Positions 8,352 to 16,420 of a DNA stretch of 56,975 nucleotides are shown here, one piece after another. Source of the DNA: Candidatus Limnocylindria bacterium (GTDB lineage: Bacteria; Chloroflexota; Limnocylindria; QHBO01). Each line of letters opens with the position of its first letter. Positions within the stretch are counted from its first letter, which is position 1. Below the pieces are notes generated by a model. That model made no database searches, was not told where the DNA came from, and was given only the letters and a program-made list of their open reading frames with translations. The stretch lies in the NCBI GenBank assembly GCA_038253355.1, contig JBBSHF010000003.1:1-56975 (forward strand). The letters run 5' to 3'. Made by a program: the position numbers and the translations under genes.

Positions 8352-9346
8352 GCTACCAGACCAACATCAACCGCGTCCCTGGGCCGTCACGGTCGGCGGA
8401 ACCGCTCAGGCGGCCGATGGACGCCTACTCGCAGGCCATGCTCGAACGCACCTGGCAGCAGGTCCACGTCGACGATGCCCGCGCCTGGCTCGCTGTGGCC
8501 AAGGCGGGCGGCGACAGTGAGGAGATCAAGAGCCGCACGGAGAACCTTCGACGGCTCACCGAAACCCTGGCGCGTGCAACGACGCGCCTCAAGCAAACGG
8601 AGGCCACCATGGCACTCACAGACACTTACGCCGAGATCACCTCGGCTTGGAAACAAAAGGTCGGCGACGCTCTCGGCAAGATCGCTGAGATCGAAGGCGA
8701 CGAGAAACTCCCGGCGGCATACCGGGTATCTGAGAAGGATCGACGGCTGCGCGAAGTGCGGGCCGCTGATCAGCTGATCTCCTCAGCGATGGGCAACTGG
8801 CAGCAGGCGGCGGCGCAGGAAGCCGACAAGTGGCGGGCGAGCGCTGATGCCGGTGTCGACGCCACCACCCGGCTGGCGAACCAGATGGAGCACACCGCGC
8901 TGGTCGCCGACCGGCGGGATGGCTCCTACTTCCTCGGCGAGGCGCGCAAGCTGCTCAGCCTGGGCCAGCCGCAGCGGGCAGCGCTCCTGTTCGGTGTCGC
9001 GCAGGCGAAAGGCACCGCGGACCTGATGATCGGTCAGACCGGCGCAGCTATTGAGGCGGCGCTGGATGAGGCGATCCCGGATCGCGCCAAGGCATCCGCC
9101 GTCGAGCGCCTGGCAGTGGACAAGACCAGCGAGTTCAAGATTGGCCGCATGAAGGCGCTGTCTGTCGCTGGCGGCATCGGTCCGTCTGGTGAGGTCGGGC
9201 ACGGCACGCAGAGCGAGCGCTCAACCGCGGGCATCGCAGCCACCATGGGTGACTACTTCGAGGCCGAGCGTAAGGGCGAGAAGTACTCCGAGGAGTTCAA
9301 CCACCGGGAGGACGGTCGGATCGTTCCAGATGAAACAAAGCCGTGA
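8348..9346 (+). CDS. Hypothetical helical protein (332 aa) with in-frame internal start at 8609
   Basis: SD AAGGAG and ATGA coupling to the nuclease gene. A second SD-ATG (GGAGGccaccATG) lies in frame. Confidence 0.75.
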   Translation: MSYQTNINRVPGPSRSAEPLRRPMDAYSQAMLERTWQQVHVDDARAWLAVAKAGGDSEEIKSRTENLRRLTETLARATTRLKQTEATMALTDTYAEITSAWKQKVGDALGKIAEIEGDEKLPAAYRVSEKDRRLREVRAADQLISSAMGNWQQAAAQEADKWRASADAGVDATTRLANQMEHTALVADRRDGSYFLGEARKLLSLGQPQRAALLFGVAQAKGTADLMIGQTGAAIEAALDEAIPDRAKASAVERLAVDKTSEFKIGRMKALSVAGGIGPSGEVGHGTQSERSTAGIAATMGDYFEAERKGEKYSEEFNHREDGRIVPDETKP

Positions 9347-9507
9347 GCCGGTATCAGATACCTTGTGGTCCTGGCTGTGACCCGGCCGTGAAGGGATCAC
9401 GAGACCGGCGTAGGAAGTTCTTTCTGCCCTGCGTCGGCGCATGCGCGTGAAGCGCAGGCAGGGGGCGGGCGGTTGACCAGCGTTGACGTCGCGCCCCCAC
9501 CCTTTCC

Positions 9508-9765
9508 ATGAAACCTAGGCGCCGCGCTGGCATACAGATTCGACGCGGTGTGGGTCGCGCGCTGCTCAAGCGTCTGCGGCCGTCCGCTCGCGCGGCTGCT
9601 GCGCTCCTTCTCGCCAAGCGCGCTCCGGACCGACCAGCCGTTCAGGATCAGCCAGCCGTCCGTCATGAGGTCGACCGGGTCGGCGCTGCCATGCGATGTA
9701 CCTGCGGCTGGACGGGCGAGCCCAGGGAGGCCGTGGCGCACGTCTTCGCGCCGTGGCGGCGGTAG
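9508..9765 (+). CDS. Small basic hypothetical protein with CTCGW...H motif
   Basis: CxCGW..H motif seen in small phage proteins. No clear SD. Confidence 0.4.
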   Translation: MKPRRRAGIQIRRGVGRALLKRLRPSARAAAALLLAKRAPDRPAVQDQPAVRHEVDRVGAAMRCTCGWTGEPREAVAHVFAPWRR

Positions 9766-9819
9766 CCGCAGGGGTTGGCTCCTAGCCCGACTTCGACCTG
9801 AACTGGCGGATGTGGCGCC

Positions 9820-9966
9820 TTAGGTGCCCTCGGGCTCCTCCACCTCGTCCGCTTCGGTCGGTTCGCCGCTTCCGAACAACAGCGACGCCTGGACGCCGGG
9901 CGTGGCGGTCGCCCTGACGGCCCTTCGGTGGGTGACGTTCGCTCCCGAGACGTGCGGGTAGTGCAT
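9820..9966 (-). pseudogene. 48-codon ORF resembling an orphan C-terminal tail of an MTase-endonuclease
   Basis: MHYPHVSGANVTHRRAVRA...QASLLF. TGATG overlap with the MTase stop codon. Confidence 0.4.
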
Positions 9967-11624
9967 CAGTTTGAGTCGAACAGCTCACCCTGCTCGGCCG
10001 CCTTCTTGATGGGCTGCGCTTGCTGGTAAGGGGAGAGGATGAGCAGCGGCAAATTCGGCTTCCGGCCCTCTTCGAGCAGTTCGCGGATGGTGATAATCTG
10101 GACAGCCGGATAGTCTCGGCCCGACAGGTCGGAGTGGTAGAAGCCTGCCTCTGTCGCCTCTAGACGCATGGGAGCTGTTGGCTCCTCCAGCGTGACGAAC
10201 AGGCCCATCGCCGCGCCCTGTGCGCCCATGTCGCCCTTGAGTTCGGCAACCTGGGCTCGTCCAACGTGGCCAGACTTCACGCTCACGATGCAGCTTTCGA
10301 GCTTGCCCCCTGCCCCGGTGAAGGTGATGACGCCGTCCACGCCTTTGTCTGCGCCCTTCTTCTGGGTGCCGCCAACCGGCATCGCGCCCACGAGCGTCAG
10401 CGCCCAAAGCTCGAACTGCTCACGTCCATTCGGGAGCTGTTGTGACAGCTTGCGGGCTCCCTCCACCTCGGTCGGCGAGCCCTCGATCGGCACCTCGATC
10501 CCAAAGCTGTCGCGGAGCCGCGCTTGCATGACCGCGATGGCGAGGTAGGTCACGTCGATTCCGATCCATTGCCGTCCGAGCTTCTGGGCGGCAACGATGG
10601 CGGTGCCACAGCCGCAGAAGGGATCGAGGACGATGTCGCCGGGCTTTGACGAAGCGGCGATGATGCGTTCGAGCAGCGCGAGCGGCTTCTGCGTCGGGTA
10701 CCCCAGTCCCTCACTGGACCAAGAGACAACCGGTTGGACGCCCTTGTCGGCCCATAGGTCCTGAAGTGGCGTTCCTTCCATCTCGTCCAAGTACCGCTTG
10801 ATTCTCGGAAAGCCGTTCGGGGTGAAGTAGATTCGGCCGTCCGCGACGAACTGGTCTAGCTTCTCCTGTGTGAACCGCCAGTGCGAACCAGGAGGCGGCT
10901 CGCGAAGCACGCCCTTGAACAGGCGCGCCGGTCCCGGCCCGGCAGCGGCCACGTCCCCGGATGCGTAGCGTCGGCCGTTCGGCTCCTTGTAGCGATAGTA
11001 CTTGGCGACGTAATCCTCGTCATAGGGCTGGTAGACCTTGTTCCAGACATGTTCCTCCGACTTGGCATAGAACAGGAGCACGTCGTGGATGCGCCCCGCC
11101 CGCTTGCTGTCGCTGTGCGCAGTGGTCCGCTTCCAGATGACCTCATTCCGGAAGTTCTCCGGCCCGAAGATGGCGTCGAGGACCAGCCTCAGATAGTGCG
11201 ACGCGGTCGGGTCACAGTGAAGCCACAGCGTGCCGGTCGGCTTGAGGACCCGGTGTAGCTCGACGAGTCGGACCGCCATCTCAACGACATAGGCCAGCAT
11301 CGGGCTCAGCCTGATCCCCTTGTGGAAGGCGCCGACCAAATCGCTCACGGTGCTCGGCACCCGGCCACCGTGGTACCCGCTGTTGGTCAGGTACAGGTAT
11401 TGCGCCTCCGCATCCGGTCCCCAGTGCCACGTGTCATCGAAGGCGGTGATTTGCGCATCGCTCCGCCGGCCGGATTCGTCGCGGAAGATGACGTTGTAGG
11501 CCGCGTTAGAGTTGAACGGCGGGTCGAGGTAGATAAGGTCTACCGACTCAGGCGGGATGTAGGGCGGATCATGACGCAGGATGTCGAGGTTGTCCCCGTA
11601 GTAGAGGACGTTGGTCGCGGTCAC
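9966..11624 (-). CDS. Beta-class N6/N4 DNA methyltransferase fused to Mrr-like PD-(D/E)xK domain
   Basis: LYYGDNL, DPPF (motif IV), YPTQKP and VLDPFCGCGT (motif I). C-terminal FE...GADKGVDG...SVKSG. GTG start 6 nt after -10 TATGCT. Confidence 0.92.
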   Translation of the reverse strand: MTATNVLYYGDNLDILRHDPPYIPPESVDLIYLDPPFNSNAAYNVIFRDESGRRSDAQITAFDDTWHWGPDAEAQYLYLTNSGYHGGRVPSTVSDLVGAFHKGIRLSPMLAYVVEMAVRLVELHRVLKPTGTLWLHCDPTASHYLRLVLDAIFGPENFRNEVIWKRTTAHSDSKRAGRIHDVLLFYAKSEEHVWNKVYQPYDEDYVAKYYRYKEPNGRRYASGDVAAAGPGPARLFKGVLREPPPGSHWRFTQEKLDQFVADGRIYFTPNGFPRIKRYLDEMEGTPLQDLWADKGVQPVVSWSSEGLGYPTQKPLALLERIIAASSKPGDIVLDPFCGCGTAIVAAQKLGRQWIGIDVTYLAIAVMQARLRDSFGIEVPIEGSPTEVEGARKLSQQLPNGREQFELWALTLVGAMPVGGTQKKGADKGVDGVITFTGAGGKLESCIVSVKSGHVGRAQVAELKGDMGAQGAAMGLFVTLEEPTAPMRLEATEAGFYHSDLSGRDYPAVQIITIRELLEEGRKPNLPLLILSPYQQAQPIKKAAEQGELFDSN

Positions 11625-11831
11625 CGGGAGAGCATAAGGGCCGCGGCGCCAGCCGGCCACGTCGCACCAGTGGTGCCGCACCTGCCGATGTCAACGACCG
11701 CGGCCCTCTCAGCACCCTAACGGTCAACGCTTACCGGGGGCTTACTGGGGCTCATGCTCTCAGAGCGCTCTCGCAGCCGCCCTGCCAGGAACGACGAAGG
11801 CGCCCCAGAGGGCACATTCTCGCGTGAATTG

Positions 11832-11907
11832 TGGCGTGCCCGAGAGGACTCGAACCTCCGACCTTCAGGTCCGCAACCTGACGCTCTATCCACTGAGCTA
11901 CGGGCAC
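11832..11907 (-). tRNA. tRNA-Arg(GCG)
   Basis: 76-nt cloverleaf with acceptor GTGCCCG/CGGGCAC-G-CCA and anticodon arm TCAGG-TTGCGGA-CCTGA. Confidence 0.96.
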
Positions 11908-11923
11908 ACTTGGGGGCGATGGC

Positions 11924-12015
11924 TGGCGGAGAGGGAGGGATTCGAACCCTCGGAAGAGGTAACCCCCTTCAACGGTTTAGCAAACCGCCGCACTAGGCCA
12001 CTATGCGACCTCTCC
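11924..12015 (-). tRNA. tRNA-Ser(GCT)
   Basis: GGAGAGG...anticodon arm GCGGT-TTGCTAA-ACCGT, long variable arm, GGTTCGAATCC and GCCA end. Confidence 0.96.
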
Positions 12016-12118
12016 GGAGGCCGGCGCCGATGATAGCATGGTGCCCTTCGGGACGACCAATCGAGCGGCCGCCGGCCCCGATCCCCGTGAACACACCCCA
12101 GAACCGAGAGAGCATGCC

Positions 12119-12997
12119 GTGCAGCGCCTACCCATCATCGGACAACCCCTCGGTCACTCGGCAATGGAAGCCGTTCAGCAGGCCGCCTTCGAGACCGCCG
12201 GACTGAAGGTGGCCATCGAGCGCTGGGAGCGCAAGCCGCACCAGCTCGCCGAGGCGATCGCCACGCTCAAGGGCCGCGGCTACCTGGGCGCGCTGATCGC
12301 CACGCCGCACAAGGAGAAGGTCGGCGCGCTGCTCTCGAGCCTCTCCGAGGACGCGCGCAACAGCGGCGCGGTGAGCGTCGTGGTCAAGGACGGCGCGCGG
12401 CTGCGCGGCTACAACAGCGAGGTCGACGGCGTGCGCGCCGGGATCACCTCCATCCTCCCCAAGGTGCAGGGCAAGTGGCCGCGCCACGCGATCGTGCTGG
12501 GTGCAGGGGGCGGGGCCAGGGCGGTGGTATCGGTGCTGATGGGGTCCGGCTTCCAGCGCATCGCGGTCTTCAATCGCCATCTGCATCGGGCCGAAGCACT
12601 GGTGGCCCATTTCGCCAAGAGCGCCCGGCACATGGACCTGCGTGCAATGCCCTGGCACGAGACGATCATCGGCTCAGAGCTGGCGAAGGCGGGGCTGCTG
12701 GTGAACACCACCGCCATCGGCATCGAGGAAGGCGAGAGCCCCATTCCGGGCGACCTGCTGCTGGCCGGCCTCTTCGTGCTTGATCTGGTCCTCGACCATG
12801 AGGCCACGCCGTTGATGGCGCAGGCCACGGCCCAGGGCGGGACGGTGGCCAACGGCCAGGCAAGCTTCCTGCGCGCATCGGCCGAGACGTTCAGGCTGCT
12901 GACCGGCAAGGAGGCCCCCACCGACGCTATGCGCCAGGCGCTGGCGACCGAGCTTGGCCTGCCCGAGGAAGGAATCGCGGCCGTCGTCGGCGACTGA
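12119..12997 (+). CDS. aroE: Shikimate dehydrogenase-like protein (divergent active site)
   Basis: IIGQPLGHS, TPHK, LGAGGGARA, FNR and LVNTT. Confidence 0.8.
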   Translation: MQRLPIIGQPLGHSAMEAVQQAAFETAGLKVAIERWERKPHQLAEAIATLKGRGYLGALIATPHKEKVGALLSSLSEDARNSGAVSVVVKDGARLRGYNSEVDGVRAGITSILPKVQGKWPRHAIVLGAGGGARAVVSVLMGSGFQRIAVFNRHLHRAEALVAHFAKSARHMDLRAMPWHETIIGSELAKAGLLVNTTAIGIEEGESPIPGDLLLAGLFVLDLVLDHEATPLMAQATAQGGTVANGQASFLRASAETFRLLTGKEAPTDAMRQALATELGLPEEGIAAVVGD

Positions 12998-13020
12998 CCG
13001 ATGCACAGCGCCAGCGCGTG

Positions 13021-13599
13021 ATGTTCTACACCTCAGGCTGGGTGCACGTCATCTGCGGCTGCATGTTCTGTGGCAAGACCGATGAGATGCTGCGCCTGCT
13101 GCGCCGCTTCTCGATCGCCGGGCGTCGCGTCCTGCTGGTCAAGCCGCGGCTCGACACGCGGACCGCGGAGGTGCGCGTCGTGTCGCGGTCCGGGGCTCAG
13201 CACGAGGCGGTGACGGTCGACGACTCGTCGGAGATCGAGGCGGTGGCGCACGAGGCCGATATCGTGGCGATCGAGGAAGGCCAGTTCTTCGACGCCTTAC
13301 TGCCCGATGTCGTGGAGCGGCTTGCGGAGAGCGGCAAGCAGGTCATCGTCACCGGGCTCGACCGCGACTTCCGTGGCGTCCCCTTCGGACCGATGCCGCG
13401 CCTCATGGCCCTGGCCGACCAGGTGACCAAGCTGACCGCGATCTGCATGGTCTGCGGCGAGCCGGCGACCCGCACCCAGCGCCTGATCGACGGCCACGCC
13501 GCGCCGATGGATTCGCCGCTGATCGTCATCGGCGGCATGGGCGACGAGACCTACGAGGCACGTTGCCGCCTGCATCACGAGGTCCCCGCCGCGACCTGA
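13021..13599 (+). CDS. tdk: Thymidine kinase
   Basis: GCMFCGKT, EEGQFF, GLDRDFRG.PF, zinc site CMVCG...YEARCR.H. Confidence 0.96.
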   Translation: MFYTSGWVHVICGCMFCGKTDEMLRLLRRFSIAGRRVLLVKPRLDTRTAEVRVVSRSGAQHEAVTVDDSSEIEAVAHEADIVAIEEGQFFDALLPDVVERLAESGKQVIVTGLDRDFRGVPFGPMPRLMALADQVTKLTAICMVCGEPATRTQRLIDGHAAPMDSPLIVIGGMGDETYEARCRLHHEVPAAT

Positions 13600-13642
13600 C
13601 GGCAGCCGGGGCACCGCAGCGAGCCTGTAGACTCCATCGCGC

Positions 13643-14842
13643 ATGGTCCGCCGTATCGCCTTTTTCGCGCTCGTGACAATCGTGGTCTCCGCATGCTCGG
13701 CGAGCGTGTCGCCATCGGGCAGCGCGATGCCAAGCGCGACCCCCCCTAGCTCGAGCGCGAACGCCTCGCCGGCCGCCACCGCGTCCGTCAGCGGGGCATC
13801 GGCCGCACCGTTGCCATCGGCCGCACCGACGCAAGCTCCCGGCGGGGTGTACGCCGCCACCGTCAACGGCCAGCTGGCACCGGCCATCGCCGATCTGAGC
13901 CCTCGGGTCTACGTCCCCGACGAAGCCTCCGGCGATGTGGTCGTCATCGATCCGGCAACATTCAAGATTATCGGGCGCTTCAAGGTTGGCATCAGCCCCG
14001 AGCACATCACCCCCGACTGGGACCTGAGCCGGCTGTATGTCAACAACATGTCGAGCTCGAGCCTGACCATCATCGGCCCACGCACGTCAAAGCCGACCGG
14101 CACGATCGCGGTGCCCTACCCGTACAACCTGTACTTCACCATGGACGGTAGCAAGGCAATCGTCGTCGATGACTTCCTGGGCAGGGACTTTGTCCACCAG
14201 AACGGCCTGTACTTCTACAACCGCAAGACCTGGAAGCTCATCAAGTTCGTCGAGATTCCGTTCACGGGTGTCGATCACCTCGATTTCTCGGCCGATGGCA
14301 GCTACCTGATCATGAGTTGCGAGAGCTCAGGCGACGTGGTGAAGGTCGACCTCACGAAGCTGGAGCTCAGCGGAGTCGTGCGGGTGGGCGGCTCGCCGCT
14401 CGACGTTCGCCTCGACCCCGGCGGAAAGGTCTTCTACGTCGCCAACCAGGGGACCAACGGGGTCTCGGTCATCAACGGCGACACGATGAAGCAGGTCGGC
14501 TTCATCAAGACCGGGAAGGGTGCCCACGGGATTGGCATGAGCCGCGATGCCACGCGGCTCTTCGTGACGAATCGTCTTGGCGGGACGATCTCGGTGATCG
14601 ACCTCGCCACGCGCAAGGTCGTCGACACGTGGCAGGTCGGCGGATCCCCTGACATGATGGCCAGCTCGATCGACGGCTCACAGCTGTGGGTCTCGAACCG
14701 ATACAACGGCTCGGTCATCGTGATCGATGCGGCCACCGGCAAGATTCTCAGCACCATTCGCACCGGGCTCAACCCCCACGGCCTCTCGTTCTGGCCGCAG
14801 CCAGGCCGTTTCAGCCTGGGCCACAACGGCAACATGCGCTGA
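13643..14842 (+). CDS. YncE/YVTN beta-propeller lipoprotein
   Basis: Lipobox VSAC, Ser/Pro/Ala linker, repeated LYVxN...SVID...VGxxP blades. Confidence 0.88.
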   Translation: MVRRIAFFALVTIVVSACSASVSPSGSAMPSATPPSSSANASPAATASVSGASAAPLPSAAPTQAPGGVYAATVNGQLAPAIADLSPRVYVPDEASGDVVVIDPATFKIIGRFKVGISPEHITPDWDLSRLYVNNMSSSSLTIIGPRTSKPTGTIAVPYPYNLYFTMDGSKAIVVDDFLGRDFVHQNGLYFYNRKTWKLIKFVEIPFTGVDHLDFSADGSYLIMSCESSGDVVKVDLTKLELSGVVRVGGSPLDVRLDPGGKVFYVANQGTNGVSVINGDTMKQVGFIKTGKGAHGIGMSRDATRLFVTNRLGGTISVIDLATRKVVDTWQVGGSPDMMASSIDGSQLWVSNRYNGSVIVIDAATGKILSTIRTGLNPHGLSFWPQPGRFSLGHNGNMR

Positions 14843-14843
14843 G

Positions 14844-16052
14844 GTGACCGTTCGCCGCGGGCTGGTGGTGGCTGCGCTGACAGCATTGATGTCGGCGTGC
14901 TCGGCGAGCGGGTCACCGTCGAGCAGCCCGAGGCCCACCGCCACTCCCCCGGGTCCGAGCGCGAGCGCCTCTCCGACCCCGGTGGCGTCCGCCAGCACGG
15001 CCGCGACAGCACCGTCGTCATCGGTCAAACCTGCGGCATCGGCCGACGACGGGGTGTACGCAGCCACCGTCAGCGGTCGGCTGGCACCCGGCGTCGCCGA
15101 CCTGAGCCCTCGGGTCTACGTCCCCAACGAGCACTCGGGCGACGTGGTCGTCATCGATCCGGCGACATTCAAGATCATCGGGCGCTTCAAGGTTGGCACC
15201 TTCCCCGAGCACATCACTCCCGATTGGGATCTGACCCGGCTGTATGTCAACAACATGTCCAGCTCGACCATCACGGTTATCGACCAGCGCACGTCGAAGC
15301 CGACCGGCGAGATTCTGCACGCTCCCACGCCGTACGACCTGTACTACACGCCCGATGGCAGCAAGGCCATCGTGGTCAACGACTACATCTCGCCCACGCT
15401 CATCAGGTACAACGGCCTGAACTTCTACGACCGCAAGACGTGGAAGTTCCTGAAGTTCCTGGAGATCCCATGGCCGGGGGCCGATGACCTCGACCTCTCC
15501 GCGGACGGCAGCTATCTCATGGTCAGCTGCGAGTACAGCGGCATAGTCGCCCGCGTCGACACGCGCAAGATGGTCGTCACGGGATCGGTGCGGGTCGGCA
15601 GCCTGCCGCGCGACGTGCGCCTGGGACCCGATGGCAAGCTCTTCTTCGTCACCAACGAGGGTCGCGCGGGCGTATCGGTCATCGATCCGGTCCGTATGCG
15701 GGAGATCGCCTTCATCAAGTCCGGCGCCGGCGCACACGGGATCGAGTTCAGCCGTGACCTCACCAGGATGTACGTCAACAATCGGTCAGCCGGAACGATC
15801 TCAGTGGTCGACCTCGCGACACGAAAGGTCGTCACGACATGGCAGGAGGGTGGCTCGCCGGACGAGCTGAATCTCTCCATCGACGGCACCCAGGCGTGGA
15901 TCGCCGACCGATACCACGGCGGCGTGACCGTCATTGATACCCGCACCGGAGCGATCCTCGCCAAGATTGCAACGGGCGGATATCCGCACGGGATCCTGTA
16001 CTGGCCCCAGCCTGGACTGCACAGCATCGGCCAGAACGCCAACATGCGCTGA
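14844..16052 (+). CDS. YncE/YVTN beta-propeller lipoprotein (tandem paralog)
   Basis: Lipobox MSAC. Same architecture as 13643-14842, with near-identical stretches. Confidence 0.88.
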   Translation: MTVRRGLVVAALTALMSACSASGSPSSSPRPTATPPGPSASASPTPVASASTAATAPSSSVKPAASADDGVYAATVSGRLAPGVADLSPRVYVPNEHSGDVVVIDPATFKIIGRFKVGTFPEHITPDWDLTRLYVNNMSSSTITVIDQRTSKPTGEILHAPTPYDLYYTPDGSKAIVVNDYISPTLIRYNGLNFYDRKTWKFLKFLEIPWPGADDLDLSADGSYLMVSCEYSGIVARVDTRKMVVTGSVRVGSLPRDVRLGPDGKLFFVTNEGRAGVSVIDPVRMREIAFIKSGAGAHGIEFSRDLTRMYVNNRSAGTISVVDLATRKVVTTWQEGGSPDELNLSIDGTQAWIADRYHGGVTVIDTRTGAILAKIATGGYPHGILYWPQPGLHSIGQNANMR

Positions 16053-16068
16053 TCGCCGCTTGACCTGG

Positions 16069-16208
16069 CAAATGTCGGTGCCAGTCGCGCTAACGCCCTC
16101 GAATCCGCGGATGGAGCAGCCGCCCGCGTCCGGTTGCGCGTGGATTCCCCGGCGTCGTTCCCAAGTTCGGACCGTTGAGGTGGATACCGCCGCTGACAGC
16201 GACATTTG
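16069..16208. repeat. 140-bp element with imperfect 32-bp terminal inverted repeats (MITE/REP-like)
   Basis: 16069-16100 matches the reverse complement of 16177-16208 at 24/32 positions, with the outer 9 bp (CAAATGTCG) perfect. Confidence 0.55.
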
Positions 16209-16265
16209 GAACGTCGGGTCGCAGGACGTGCCGCGACGCCCGATCTTCGCTGCCTTGGCGCAAAC

Positions 16266-16353
16266 TGGCGGAGGGGGTGGGATTCGAACCCACGGAAGCT
16301 TGCACTTCAGCGGTTTTCAAGACCGCCGCATTCGTCCACTCTGCCACCCCTCC
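16266..16353 (-). tRNA. tRNA-Ser(TGA)
   Basis: GGAGGGG...anticodon arm GCGGT-CTTGAAA-ACCGC, long variable arm and GCCA end. Confidence 0.96.
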
Positions 16354-16420
16354 GGACAAACGGACGGTCGGACCTTAGCAGATCGAGCAGGAAGACTGCA
16401 GTGCCGGCCCAAGCGCGACT

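Larger units (their letters stand above)
80..11878. mobile_element. Integrated phage-satellite/PICI-like element (~11.8 kb) in tRNA-Arg
   Basis: Bounded by an identical 47-bp direct repeat (80-126 and 11832-11878) equal to the tRNA 3' half. Contains integrase, xis, prim-pol, helicase and terminase genes. Confidence 0.93.

Noticed and set aside
80-11878. Intact prophage or ICE
   Set aside because: No head, tail, lysis, relaxase or T4SS genes are recognisable, and it is too small.
16066-16085. sigma54 promoter (TGGCAC...TTGC), and a similar motif near 45074
   Set aside because: GG-to-GC spacing is 11 rather than the required 10.
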